A stretch of DNA of 64,000 nt from Camelus ferus (GCF_009834535.1 NC_045721.1:11284001-11348000), one strand, 5' to 3'; positions 11,502 through 23,399 are shown, numbered from the stretch's first letter. A program made the numbers and translations. Notes: generated by a model not told the origin, from the sequence alone.

Positions 11502-12659
11502 ATCTGCAAAACCCCTGAGCCCAAAACAGCCTCATACTGCAGCCCTTCGGTGCCTGTGCACTTCAACATCCAGCAGGACTGCGGCCACTTTGTAGCTTCG
11601 GTGCCCTCCAGCATGCTCAGCTCTCCCGATGCACCCAAGGACCCTCTGTCTGCCCTGCCCTCACATCCCCCTGCCCAGGAGCAGGACTGCGTGGTGGTCA
11701 TCACCCGAGAGGTGCCCCACCAGACCGCCTTGGACTTTGTGCGGGGCTCAGCCACCAGCCATCAGTCTGAGCCTGAGGTGTACGAGCGCCGCGTGTGCTT
11801 CCTCCTCCTGCAGCTCTGCAATGGGTTGGAGCATCTGAAGGAGCACGGGATCATCCACCGAGACCTGTGCCTGGAGAACCTGCTGCTGGTGCATTGCACC
11901 CCCCAGGCCTCCCCTGCTCATCCCACCCCTCCTGTCTCCTCTGCCGCCTCCAGCGCCCCTCTCACCACCACATCCCCTGCCCCTGCTGCTACTCCCTCTT
12001 CTGGCCCCTCTCCCACCCCTCCAGCTGCCCCCGCCTGTCAGGGAGGGCCCAGTGAGAAGCACTTGCCCCGACTCATCATCAGCAACTTCCTGAAGGCCAA
12101 GCAGAAGCCTGGAGGCACCACCAACCTGCAGCAGAAAAAGAGCCAGGCCCGGCTGGCCCCCGAGATCGTGTCTGCCTCCCAGTACCGCAAGTTTGATGAG
12201 TTCCAAACGGGCATCCTCATCTATGAGCTGCTCCACCAGCCCAACCCATTCGAGGTACGGGCCCAGCTTCGGGAACAGGACTATCGGCAGGAAGACTTGC
12301 CCCCCCTGCCCGCCCTGTCCCTCTACTCGCCCGGCCTGCAGCAGCTCGCTCATCTGCTGCTGGAGGCCGACCCCATCAAGCGCATCCGCATCGGAGAGGC
12401 CAAGCGCGTGCTGCAGTGCCTGCTGTGGGGGCCCCGGCGGGAGCTGGTGGAGCAGCCAGGCACCTCGCAGGAGGTGCTGTGCACCACACTGAACAATTGG
12501 ATTGACATGAAGCGGGCCCTGATGATGATGAAGTTCGCGGAGAAGGCGGTGGACCGCCGGCGAGGGGTGGAGCTGGAGGACTGGCTTTGCTGCCAGTATC
12601 TGGCATCAGCGGAGCCCGGAGCCCTTTTACAATCCCTGAAGCTCCTGCAGCTTCTGTGA
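11502..12659 (+). CDS. PRAG1: PRAG1 terminal coding exon (rest of the pseudokinase domain plus C-terminal SHED helices), 385 codons + TGA
   Basis: Acceptor cttctccttttccctacAG ends at 11501. Translation ICKTPEPKTASYCSPSVPVHFNIQQDCGHF...IIHRDLCLENLLLV...PRLIISNFLKAK...RLAPE...WIDMKRALMMMKFAEKAVDRRRGVELEDWLCCQYLASAEPGALLQSLKLLQLL* shows the HRDLCLEN catalytic loop and NFL in place of DFG, both characteristic of PRAG1. It joins in frame to the upstream exon (YAVK|ICK). Confidence 0.98.
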   Translation: MCKTPEPKTASYCSPSVPVHFNIQQDCGHFVASVPSSMLSSPDAPKDPLSALPSHPPAQEQDCVVVITREVPHQTALDFVRGSATSHQSEPEVYERRVCFLLLQLCNGLEHLKEHGIIHRDLCLENLLLVHCTPQASPAHPTPPVSSAASSAPLTTTSPAPAATPSSGPSPTPPAAPACQGGPSEKHLPRLIISNFLKAKQKPGGTTNLQQKKSQARLAPEIVSASQYRKFDEFQTGILIYELLHQPNPFEVRAQLREQDYRQEDLPPLPALSLYSPGLQQLAHLLLEADPIKRIRIGEAKRVLQCLLWGPRRELVEQPGTSQEVLCTTLNNWIDMKRALMMMKFAEKAVDRRRGVELEDWLCCQYLASAEPGALLQSLKLLQLL

Positions 12660-12830
12660 GGCAGCCCCCGCCCACCTCCATGCCTGACCCTCTTCCTGAC
12701 CCTTGTGCCCTGCCTTGTCTTGTAAACATCTGTATCTCCCTGGGAAATGGTACAAATGACTGTCGTACTTGGATGTAATATATATATATATATAAAATAT
12801 ATGAATACAAAATGCTGACAATGTCATTGC
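12660..12830 (+). other. PRAG1: PRAG1 proximal 3' UTR (3' end uncertain), with (TA)8 at 12779-12794
   Basis: Directly follows the stop codon. It contains only non-canonical polyA-signal variants (AATATA 12777 and 12796, TATAAA 12791, AATACA 12804). Confidence 0.6.
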
Positions 12831-13000
12831 CCACTCTGGTCTGGCCTCATCTTTTTTTCCCCTTGTTCAGAAGCCAAGGAAAGTTATTTTTTGATCAAAT
12901 AATCAAATAACGGGAAGCGAGCTTGCTCTGTAGAGCCCACGCTCTCCCTCAAAGGCCCTTTAAGCGGCTGCTTTAAGGTTCTCAGCAGTGGGGAAGGGGC

Positions 13001-13036
13001 AGTGTTCTCGCGAGGGGTAGTGTTCTCGCGAGGGGT
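13001..13036 (+). repeat. Perfect 18-bp tandem duplication (AGTGTTCTCGCGAGGGGT x2)
   Basis: Read directly: 13001-13018 is identical to 13019-13036. Confidence 0.97.
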
Positions 13037-13215
13037 GGCTGAAGCTTGGCCGCGCGTGCGCAGGCTCCAGCTTGAAGGCTCCAGATCGCAGTGCCGGGCG
13101 CCGCGCTTCTGCGCGACCGGTGAGCTGCAGTTTCAGGAGAAGCTGTCTCCCACCAGGAGCTCTGCTCTCAAGGGTCCAGCGCAAGGCCTCAGCACAAGGC
13201 ACCCCGTGAGCGAGC
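13001..13215. promoter_or_regulatory. Small CpG-dense promoter-like element with NRF1 and BANP-like motifs
   Basis: 16 CpG in 13001-13120. CGCGCGTGCGCA (13051-13062) has reverse complement TGCGCACGCGCG, matching NRF1 YGCGCAYGCGCR. TCTCGCGAGG occurs at 13006-13015 and 13024-13033 (9/10 to TCTCGCGAGA). Donor-like CCG|GTGAGC at 13120. Confidence 0.5.
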
Positions 13216-13809
13216 GAAGCCAGACCAAGCAGCACAATGGTGAAAAAAGGTTAGACTTTATTATGTTTTTATTTCTCGGGAATTGTTAATGGGCTTTGCT
13301 GGTGACCAAATCTTGTTTTTCCCTGCAGTTCTGTATATCTCTAGCTCATTGCAAGGTCCCTAGGATAATGTGGCCAGCAGAACGGAGCCTGGACTCTGGC
13401 CTAACTATGGAATCTCTTTACCCTCTTGTCAAATGCCTTTTTTTTTTAAAGCCTCCATTTTTAATTAAACTTTTTGGTTGAGTAGTGAGCAGAGCTTTTT
13501 TTTTTTTTTTTTTTTAATCTCCAAGTGCGTTAATATCTTTGGTGGATAAAAGTGTTTATAAGCCTCTGAAGCACTGGCTTCAAGACCACTTGAAGTATCC
13601 TTGATCTTCCACTTCTTATAGGATAGAGCAACAGGCCGCAAGGCCCCAAGCCTGTCAGGACCAAGTAATCTTCCCTGTTTCTCTCTCTTCACCTAACAGT
13701 CTCTTAGGAAGAACCTAGACACAGCTGGTGTGATCCTAGAGTTTCAGAATTCAATCCTAACTGCTCAAAATCCATTTCCAAACAGCCAAAGCTGGTTATC
13801 GTTGGTATC

Positions 13810-14095
13810 AGAGGCCTGGCTGAAAACAGAAGCCACTCCAGGTGGTTCAAATAACAAGACCTTAACGGGACGACTTATAGAGGTATGGACAGGGTTAAGA
13901 GAAAAACAAAGGAGGATGAGGCAAAAGCAAGGGCTGTGTTGGGGAGGATTACCTATTAACTCAAGCTGTTTCCTGCCTGTCATCTCTAGGCCAAAACCAA
14001 TGGGATGTCATACAGCAAGGGGTCCTTGATGATGCAGTCGGCCTCCCTGTGCAGGGTCGGGAGGAAAGGATGGGGTGCCAGGTGGAAAACAGCCC
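13810..14095 (-). mobile_element. Old ERVL-type LTR fragment (LTR33-like)
   Basis: gaaaacagaagccactccaggtggttcaaa and ggccaaaaccaatggg...agcaaggggtccttgatgatgcagtc resemble recalled LTR33-group sequence. Confidence 0.4.
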
Positions 14096-17000
14096 ACTGC
14101 TACTACTGTTCTAAGAAAAGGCAAAGGCAAGTATAGAGCTCAGGTGTTCCCACTTTTAGAATACTAGTCGCTGCTCTTCTGAGCTCCTTTGGGTTTCCAT
14201 TTTTAAAAGCTCACTCAGTTAATAGACTTGTTGGCACCTACTACTAACTGTAGTCACTATTTGTTACCATGCCTTTAAAAATGAACAAAGAAAATTAGGA
14301 AGCCCCAGGTCTTTCCTCCTCAAAGTTTGACACATAAAAAGTCACTCATTACTCATTTGAAGGGAAACAGCTCAAGACCCTTGTATTTCTACCTAAAGGG
14401 CAATCTTCCGACTTCAGAACTAATTAATTTCTCAAACCTGTTAGCAACTATGGGCAGTTATAAAACAAATGCAAAGATCTTAATGGATGTTGTAGAAACC
14501 TAGGAATGTGGCTAGCAGCCAGGATGGGGAAATCTCTCAAGTCCCCTTCTGCATATTCATTTCACTCCTTTTGCAAGCTCCGCCTTCCAGTGGGGGACTC
14601 CAGGAGAACAAACCCACATTTCCAGGCATCCTCAGGGAAACATACGGCTACAGAGCATATTTGTCATTTCATTTGTTGCTTGAACTGGCTAAAACAAACT
14701 TCCAATTATGTACAAGAGAAAGAGTTTTGGACATGGGAATCGTAATTCTCCATAGGACTCATCTCTTTCAGGGGATATTATTTTATCAGTTTCTTCCTGG
14801 AAAGTTTCCAGGCAAACCCTCCTCCGCCCTTGATTTACTGTCTTTTGCTTTCTTGTCCTTTCTTACTTCAAATAAATAAACAATGGCAAGGGAGGAAACA
14901 TATTCTTTCAGGGGAAGGCAGCGGTACTTGGAAATACATGTCTCAAGAGGCACATTTTAAACCTCTGAATTAATTGCACCTTTTTTTATAGGCCACCCAC
15001 TTCAGGAAAAAAATAACTTGAGATGGTGGAAAGGTTTTAAAATGAACCCAAAAGTAAAGGTGGAAAGAGAAGGAACTCTAGCAATAAGTTCTAAATGAGA
15101 AGAAAGGTGGTAATCAGAAAACTTACTTCTGAGCTGTCTGTCCACCAACTTAGAAAAGTGGAAAACAACTGTAGAATTCTTTGTGTAATTTTAGGAAATA
15201 GTTTATGGGAGGAACAAAGCTTTTCCCAGTGCTTGGTTTTGAAGGGACTTTGTCAAGGATTTCCTGTTTTAGAGGCATCAAATAATGTTCCCAGTAGCAC
15301 ATAAAAATAAAAAGGCATTTTTCTAGATAGGGCAATTTCTTATATCCACCGTAGGTGAAATTCCGGTGAGAAGCGTTCAGGCCTAGTTTCTTCAAGGTGG
15401 TTATACAGGGCATTCACCACCTACTCAACTCCCTGAATCAGCTCTTTCCCTGAATGGTAAGTCACGTGGCTAGAGATATTCAGTTTGGCAAATAGCTTCA
15501 GTCACACAGAATTCAGGGGCTCATGATCACTGGTTTTTTGTTACCTCAAAATATACCAAGGATACATGGCTCTGCCTCATACAGAGCTCAAGCACCAAAC
15601 AGATTAAGTCCAAAAACAAGAGTATGTTCCACGAGACTGAGGTTCAGAGTAAGTGGGGACCTTTGTATGATGACAGTCTCGTAACATCTGGCTGTTTAAT
15701 AATCCTGTTGTCTGTGAGTTCATCTCCTATGTTTCTTGGCTTTAGACCCAGCTACTGGTATTTACATCTCCAGGTTTTTCCCCCTCCAACTCTGAGTCAA
15801 GTCGCCCCCACATCCTTTCCACATTGTAATTTTGGCTGTTAACGGGCCTTTTCCTTTTTCATGCCAAGTTGTGGAATCTTTTTCTTCTCCTAAATTCTTT
15901 CCTGTAGGCGTTTCGAAGCAATCATCGAAATTATTATATCTTTGCCAGAAGCAAGATAAGCACTTCAGGGATTATTTGTTTATCATAATACATGGCTCAG
16001 ATCTAAAAAGACAGGGCTCTGGGGAACTGTAGTTACCGCTCTGCGTGTCACGTCCTGGTTTTCAGAAGCTAGGGGCTGGAGAAAGCTCTTTTGTGATGTA
16101 CACATGTGCACAAAACAATTATGAAGATTCTGAAGAGGGAAGGCACATGTTACTTTAATGACTTCTCTAAAATGTGTTCTTTAAGTATACAACCAATAAA
16201 GGAAGCAGCCCTTTCGTGCTCTGATGAATGTCTATAAATCTTTGAAGATCTAAGGATAGGCTTATTAGAATAGTAGGTTTATAAGGTAAAATCTGCGTGG
16301 CGTATTTAATAGAGGCTGAAGTAAATGGAATTGATTTATTGCAAACTAAAATTTAAACCAGCTGCTGTCATTACTAAAAATGAAAGACAAAACATTTGGG
16401 GCAAGTTCTATGGATGATTGCTAATGTCTTGACAAGTTACTCTTTCCTCCTCTTCCAGTGCTAATTAATGCTGTTAAAGGATAGTCAAGGAAACCTACTC
16501 CAGGCAACAGATGCCTTTGGAGGATCTGTGTCCTGGAAAGGAGGTCTTCAGGAAAGGAGTCTAAATTAACCCAAAGAGATATGATGTCATTGATTGGGGG
16601 GAACTGGGGTTGGATGACCAGAACTTCCATGATCGATTTGGATCTTTACTGGATCCTGGATATTCAGGTCTTCTCTGATCTGCATCTTTCCTCTGGAGAC
16701 TTGATTACATCCTTCCCAACTTTCTGGAGTAGGGGAAGCAAAGTCAAGTGTACTCAGGATTTTTCTGCATGCCAACAAGCCAGCTTATTGGAAAATCCCA
16801 ATGGGACTTGAACATATATGTTTATCACATAAATCTAAATACTGGATTCAAATCTTCCCAGATCCTTTACCAGAAGCAGTAACAGCTATTTCCTGCAAAA
16901 ACACTGACCTGAACACCAAATGTCCTTAGCTATCAAAAAGTTCGTGTATGATATTAGGACCTAAAGGTCATTCTTCAGACTCCTGACTTAGTGCTTTATC

Positions 17001-17177
17001 AGGGATCACCAGGCATAGAGACAGACTGAGGGAACTGAGCATGGGAACCGGACTCTTTTTCTGAGGGTAGAAGAGAAGGCAGGAAATGAGAAAGCAAGAT
17101 TCAGAGGCAAACCACCTTTACCACTTGCCTGGATCCAGCCCTGAGGACTTCCCACAACCCCCAAAAGGATATTCTTG

Positions 17178-17541
17178 TGTCTTAGTCCAGTTGGGCTGCT
17201 GTAACAAAATACCATACACTGAGTGGCTTATGACAACAAGATTTTATTTCTCACAGTTATGGAAGCTGGGAAGTCCAAGACAAGGTGCCAGCAGATTCAG
17301 TTCTGATGAGAGCCCATTTCCTGGTTTATAGATGCCATATTTTCACTGTGTGTTTTCACATTGCAGAAGGGGCAAGGGAGCTTGCTGTGGTGTCCCTTAT
17401 AAGACCACTGTTCCCATTCACAAGGGCCCTACCCTCATGACCTTATCAATTCTCAAAGGCTCCATCACCTAATACCATCACACTGGGAATTGAGTTTCAA
17501 TGTATGGATTTGCGGGAGACGCAAATATTCAGTCTACAGCA
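17178..17541 (-). mobile_element. Complete MaLR solo LTR (MLT1A/MLT1A0-like), 364 bp
   Basis: Starts tgtcttagtccagttgggctgctgtaacaaaatacc and ends caaatattcagtctacagca, collinear with the MLT1A consensus over its full length. No matching 5-bp TSD seen. Confidence 0.9.
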
Positions 17542-17879
17542 TCACTCTTGTCAGACCTTTGCTGGGATCATATATACACCTTTACATCTATTCTGTTCTC
17601 AAAGAGCTCCAGTGATAATGGAAGATGTAGAGCTCTAGATTGGGTAGATTTCAATTTCTGAGTTCATAGATTACTTAAAAAGTCAGAAAGGCTTTAAGAA
17701 ATGTACATTTTATCTATGTCCTTTCTTTACTGACCATTCCCATCACCATGATGATGGAATTAATTTTCAGTTTTCCTAAAGGAGTAACGGAGCTCGCCTC
17801 TCACTACCCCTCAGTCTTACTGATTTTGAGTATATAAACCATAACATGGCACTAAAAGCCCAAACTATTCTAAAAGATA

Positions 17880-18100
17880 TACTCAGCAAAGTATCACTAC
17901 GCCTCATCCCCTGTCACCATCCTTCCATCCTTCCCACCCTGCTCTCACCCGTCCCTTGTACTCACCCATGCCCTAATTCCTTCTTTCTTTTTCCTGTGTT
18001 CCGTGTGCACCAAAGAGCAGATGCATATATATTTCTTCTGTCTCACACAAAAGTTAGTAGATCAGGGATGCAAGAGCACTTTGCTTTTCTCTTTTAGCAG
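17880..18100 (-). mobile_element. Old L1ME-like 3' fragment
   Basis: tatatatttcttctgtctcacacaaaagttagtag...gcactttgcttttctctttt. Confidence 0.45.
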
Positions 18101-20124
18101 GGTGTCAGCAGAAGCTTTCTTAAAGTGAGGAACAACTTGATCCCTCACTGGATTCAGAGAATTCAGGGATTTCATCGCCCTCTACTCAGGCGTTAAAAGC
18201 ATCATTTGTGCAGCTCGAAGAGCATCATTCACCAGAGTGTGAATTGACACCTTACTGCAACTGCTCCTTGGTTCTTAGACAACCCATGTAATTTCCATGG
18301 AGAGAGATGGACTGTTTTTCCTCCCAGATAGAAATCCTGAGGTGTACCCCAAACCGCAGTCAGCATTGGCAGCAGACCTCTAAGTTCAGTGATGAAATTC
18401 ATCCTTGGCCCTCACTCCTGGAGTGGCACTGCTGGTTCTCGCACTTGGAACCCAGCACTTCTTTGATAAGCTTGGCATTGATCCCTGACAGCAAACCCGA
18501 CCTGCTGATGATGGCTGGGTCTCAGAGGAAAATACTTTCAGGATGATTGTCCAGAAAGAGCGTTCAAGGAAGAAAAAGATTGTGCTACTCTGCCGCTTGG
18601 CTTTTCTGTGGCTCCAGTGTGGTCATTTCTTTCCCTGGCTGTAGACACTGCCATGTAAGCAGCAAGAACTCCACTCATTGAAATTGTTTATGGAGCTTAG
18701 ACTTAACTCTTCAACAAAAGGAGCCTGAGCTGTTGGTCTTGGCTGAGTTCAGTGTGAGTCATGTGCTCTTTCAAGTACCTGATTGGGTCTGGACAGAGTG
18801 AAGGGGCTCACTGGCTGTTCTGCCCTGTGGAACGGTTCCACGTGGAGACAAGGAAGGTGGGATGGAGAGAAGTGGAGGGGCAGGGGGAGCTGTATTTCCA
18901 ACACAGAAGGCACACAAGGGCACACCAGGGAGAGCCTTCTAGCCAGTGCTGCCTCTGCCCCTGCAGCTGGAGCTGGCAGCCTCCTCCCAGCTATGAATCA
19001 CACATTTGATTGCAACCCTCATCCTGCAGACGGGCCCCGAGCCAGCTGCTGGGCCCTGGTTTATCGCCGGGCAACCCCCTTTGTTTCAGCTCTGAAAAGG
19101 CAACAGCCCATTGGAGAAAGCACTGGAATGAAGAAAACCAAGGGCATTGTGCCCTGGGGTTTGCTGCCCTTTGGGGGAGGATAACTATTTCTGAGCAGCA
19201 TCCAGCTCACCAGGGTACCTACGAAGGGGCTTTCACCATGGTGCACGTAGGCCTCTGGGAGCTGCTCTCCAGGAGCAGTTTGCTGGAGAGTTGGGATTAT
19301 CACCTTCCAGGGAACAAGCCCTGGAAGGTCTGGAATTTCTCCTCTGTGGTACCTCTAACATGACCATGAAGGGAAGGAAGGGACGTAGGAGAGAGACTTG
19401 ATATTTCTAGAGTGATGTTGTTAAGAGCACGCCACAAGCCCTGGCAGTGGCTACCGCTGGGCTCTGTGTGGTGTCTGTGTGTCTGTAAGCGGACACCACG
19501 ACATGTAGTGAGCAGAAACCAGCCATGTAATCCAGTTCTTTATCAGGCTTTTGCTCACACACCCCTGTGGTCTGAGCACCGAGAAAGGAATGCCTTCACA
19601 CCAGCAACCTTTCATTCCCGGGCTCCCTGGGTTGCATAAACACAGATTTCTAGTTTGGCGTCAAATGAAAATATTGGAAAACTATGAATGACATAATAAT
19701 AGTCTCTTTGTTTACCTGACTTTTCTAAACAACTTAGAGTCTTGGTATTCTAAATATCGTTTTACCTCCTTACAATACTTCTCTGATATATTTAGGAATC
19801 AAGACAGAAAATCTACATTTTAAGAGAAAATCGAGGTCTGGAAAGGTGAACTGATAGGTGAAGTGTAAACCAGGACTGGCATGTATACTGCATGCCTTCC
19901 AGTCTCCGCTAAGCATTGCTGTGTGATTGAATGTTTCCTGGGGACCCATGGACATCCTGGCTGTCCTTCAACATTCAGCTCAAGCTTCACCTCGCCCAGG
20001 TAAGGCAGCATCCGTTTCAGCCCTGCACTCCCTCACTCTGGGTCACTCTCGACCCCATCCTCCTGACTCACTGCTTGGAGAGGTAGGCTTTGTTTTGTAT
20101 CTCATTATAACAAGAGTGGTGATG

Positions 20125-20250
20125 TAGTATGTTCCTCTCTAAGTTGACCATGAGCCCCTTGCAGGCATTGACCACATCTGAGACAACTTCATTTCCCCAT
20201 TCCCTAACCCCTTATCTTGTATACAGTGGGTGCTTAATAAATGCTTTGCT
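20125..20250 (+). mobile_element. L2 3'-end fragment
   Basis: tgagccccttgcaggcattgacc...cagtgggtgcttaataaatgcttt. Confidence 0.6.
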
Positions 20251-20342
20251 GGTATTTATGAAGATGTGTGGTTTACAGTTGATGGCTGTGACCACTGCTC
20301 AGGAAAAATGGTGGCTCACACATCACCCAGGGCCTTCCAGTT

Positions 20343-20525
20343 AGCCAAGCACTTCCACATGCCTTATCTCACAGCAGCCCTCTAAGGTGACACAGCATCC
20401 CCAAGCACAGAGCGTGACAGGGAGCCTCAGAGAAACTGAGTGACTTGCTGGAGAGTCCTAATGACTGGTGAGTGACAGGACCCAGCCTGGAACCATGTCA
20501 TCTGTGGTCAGACCCAACATTCTCC
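20343..20525 (-). mobile_element. MIR SINE
   Basis: agcacttccacatg...cacagcagccctctaaggt...gcctcagagaaactgagtgacttgc. Confidence 0.55.
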
Positions 20526-23173
20526 ACATTTCTGAGGAATGATGCACTGGCCTTCACGCAGGGACCCCCAAAGCCTCTGTCTTTTACACCTAAGCTGTCC
20601 TTTGTTTTTCCGCTGCAGTAGTGACTACAGTGAGCTCCATCACAAATGTCAAAAGTTAAATTTAAAGGAACATTTTACAATTTCTCAAGCATGTCATGCA
20701 AACACCATCTGACCCTCTGAGATGTGTGGGAATGAGGTGGGTAGTAACAGATGCACCCAAGTTTTATTGACATCATTTCAATTGAATTACCTTACGTGCA
20801 CTCCCAGAGTGACAGTATCCCCCTTGGTACCCAGAGGGAGAGCATTCTCTCTTGGACCATCTGCTCAGCCCTGATCAGTGCTCTGCCAAGCTGCCGCCTC
20901 CCCTGCGCTGAGGCCTCGAGGGGCCTGTGATGGGCATGTGGGGCATGTCCCAGGCAGCAAACTCAACTTGACACTACTGTGACTCCACAGTCACTTTCCT
21001 GTGGTGTCTCCCTCCCCTCAGGCTTGTCAGCCTAGTGTCCAGCCCCAGGCAGGACAGCCGGACAGAGCGGTGTGGTTTCTTGGCCAGACTGCTCTAAAAC
21101 ACCAAATACCATTTCCTGCCCCAAAATGAGGCTCCCTGCACAGAAAGGGAGCAGGAGTTTTCAAACTCCTCAAGCTGCTTATTTTTCACTCTTTAGTGGG
21201 AGATTTTTCACCTTTAGACTGAGTCCGAGTGTCATTAAGACGCCAGCTTGGTGGCACTCATGAGGTTTGTAGTGAGGCTGTCCCAGTACCCCCCAGTACT
21301 GGACACCTGCAGTGGGGCTCAGCCTTTCGGGGCTCAGGGCTGAAAGGCTGGGCGCCCTGTTGTCTCAGCAGAACTCCACGCTGTGCATTCATTGAGTTAC
21401 TTGGAATAGAGAATTTCATGTGACTTCCTAGACAGGAGGTGCACTTTTTCTTCAGTGCTTAGGTAAAACGTAGGATGAAATTTGACAAGAACCACCTGAA
21501 TTCATAAGTGTACGTAAGTTTACAAGTCATTGTAATGTTTATCAGTGATTTTTAAGGAATACTGTTGAGCAAAAATTTCCATTATGTAGTGCTCTGTTCT
21601 CTGGGTTTCCCCAAATTCAGATCAGCTTTAAGACACACTTCTGTTGCCTGGCAATGGCCCCATGGTGCCTTCCTTTTGAGCTGCTTCTCAGTGTGATGTT
21701 CTGACAGTAGGAATTCAGTTTTCCAAAATAATTTCTCAGTCTTTCTGGGATAAGGGATCCACAGACCTCACGAACCTATCCCTGCGTCCCTCACAGCTAC
21801 GGTCGGTGGAGTTCTGATCTCTGCCTGGTTTCTGTTGGAGAGGTCTGTGAAAGTAAGCTCAAGCCTCAGCAGATTATTTCATCAGCCTTCATAAAAGCAT
21901 GTCAGGGCTCTGCCAGGAAGAATCTGGTTTCAGAGGCAACTTTCCTTTTAAAGTGCCAAGGTAACCACTGCTACCCAAACTCATGAGGATCATGTTGCAG
22001 GAAGCAAAAATATGATAGCATGGCATCTTGGCGGACAAGCTTCTTTCCTCTCTCCTCCAGAGCCTCCAAACAAATAGCTCTCTGGGGAAGTGATGTCTGC
22101 ATCAAAAGCTGCTTGTCACTCAGTGGGCTTCCCAGATGGGGAAGTGTTTGCTTTGGCTGAGAATGACTATTCTCTGCATCCGGAGCCAGGGGCTGCCTGC
22201 AGTGGACCCTTTCTGGCTGTAGCAGGGTGCATTTTTGTGGGTGCCACGCCTCCCCCCCAGCTCTTGTCATCCAGAAAGGTCAGAGGAAGTTAAGACAATA
22301 CGAGGGCCCTGACAAGTACTGAAAATCTTCAAAGTGGGCAGAGGCTGCCAGGTGGGCCATGAAGATCATAAAACCTCTTTCAAGCTTCTGTCTGAGTTGA
22401 TAACATCCAGTTCTTGGTAAAATCTGGGATCTTGAGGGATGCTAAAATTCGATTTTTTGTTAAAGAACACATGAGCGATAGAAATATGTACATCTTCCTG
22501 TTTAACTCATTTTTGCATCCATAAGACCTCCTCAGGAAATGTGTCTGCATTAAAAACAAAAGTCAATGAAACATGTGACATGCCACAATCCTGGAGTGAG
22601 AAGTCATGCTTTCTCTGTCAATCACTGAGCTGTACTGTGATCACTGTTGGATGCCCTGAGCCCTAACATCCTCAAGTCACTGTTTTTTTGATTACTAGAA
22701 ATGTGTAGCACTGTTCAGCTTCTAAGATCTGTAATACTCTCAGAGAGTTTCCCTAAGTCACTTTTGCACCTAGGTGAGACCCTCACTCTTTTGTGAACCA
22801 CCTGTCCAGCATCCTTGTAAGGAACAGAGTAGCCATGTGGGAAAAAACTAGAGATCAAAGACATGACCAGGCCCTGTGACTTTTACCTGTGAGACTGATA
22901 GAGGTGAAGAAAGGATTGTGGGTTTAAGACAGGGATAGTCAGGCAATGATGGCCAAAATAAGTCAGCACTGAGTCAGGGCTTGAAAAAAGTTATGGTCAT
23001 TTTCTAAGTGCTGAAACTTGAATAATCCTCACAAACTTGAATAACAGCACTTAAAGTTTGCGTGCTCACACACCTCTTTCAAATATACCTTTTTAAATCT
23101 GTTTTCTGGATGTCTTGTCTCACCAATTCTTGTTTAAATTCTTCAAGGAGAATGACTTTATCCTCTTCTTTTA

Positions 23174-23333
23174 CATCCTTCAAAATATGATCCATGAGTC
23201 AGCAGCATTCTGCACCCCTGGGAACTTGCTGGAAACGCAGAATCTCGGGCTCCACCCAGGGCCTATTGAGTCAGAAGCTGCATTTTAACAAGATCCCCAT
23301 GTGATTTGTTTGCACATAGTTTGGGAAGTGCTG
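23174..23333 (+). mobile_element. hAT-Charlie MITE (MER5A1-like)
   Basis: cagcagcatt...ctgggaacttgctggaaacgcagaatctcgggctccaccc...cattttaacaagatcccc...gtttgggaagtgctg. Confidence 0.8.
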
Positions 23334-23399
23334 CTGTATTCCTTGTATCTCTCTAGATCCCCAGTCTTCAAGCAAAATACTCAATTATCATACAAATGC

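Noticed and set aside
11748-12834. Antisense and alternative-frame ORFs (201 aa, 152 aa and others) over the terminal exon
   Set aside because: These are shadow ORFs expected from GC-rich coding sequence with few stops. They show no recognisable domain.
12883-12911. Small hairpin / 8-bp tandem (TCAAATAA x2) after the 3' UTR
   Set aside because: AT-rich and short, with no support for function.
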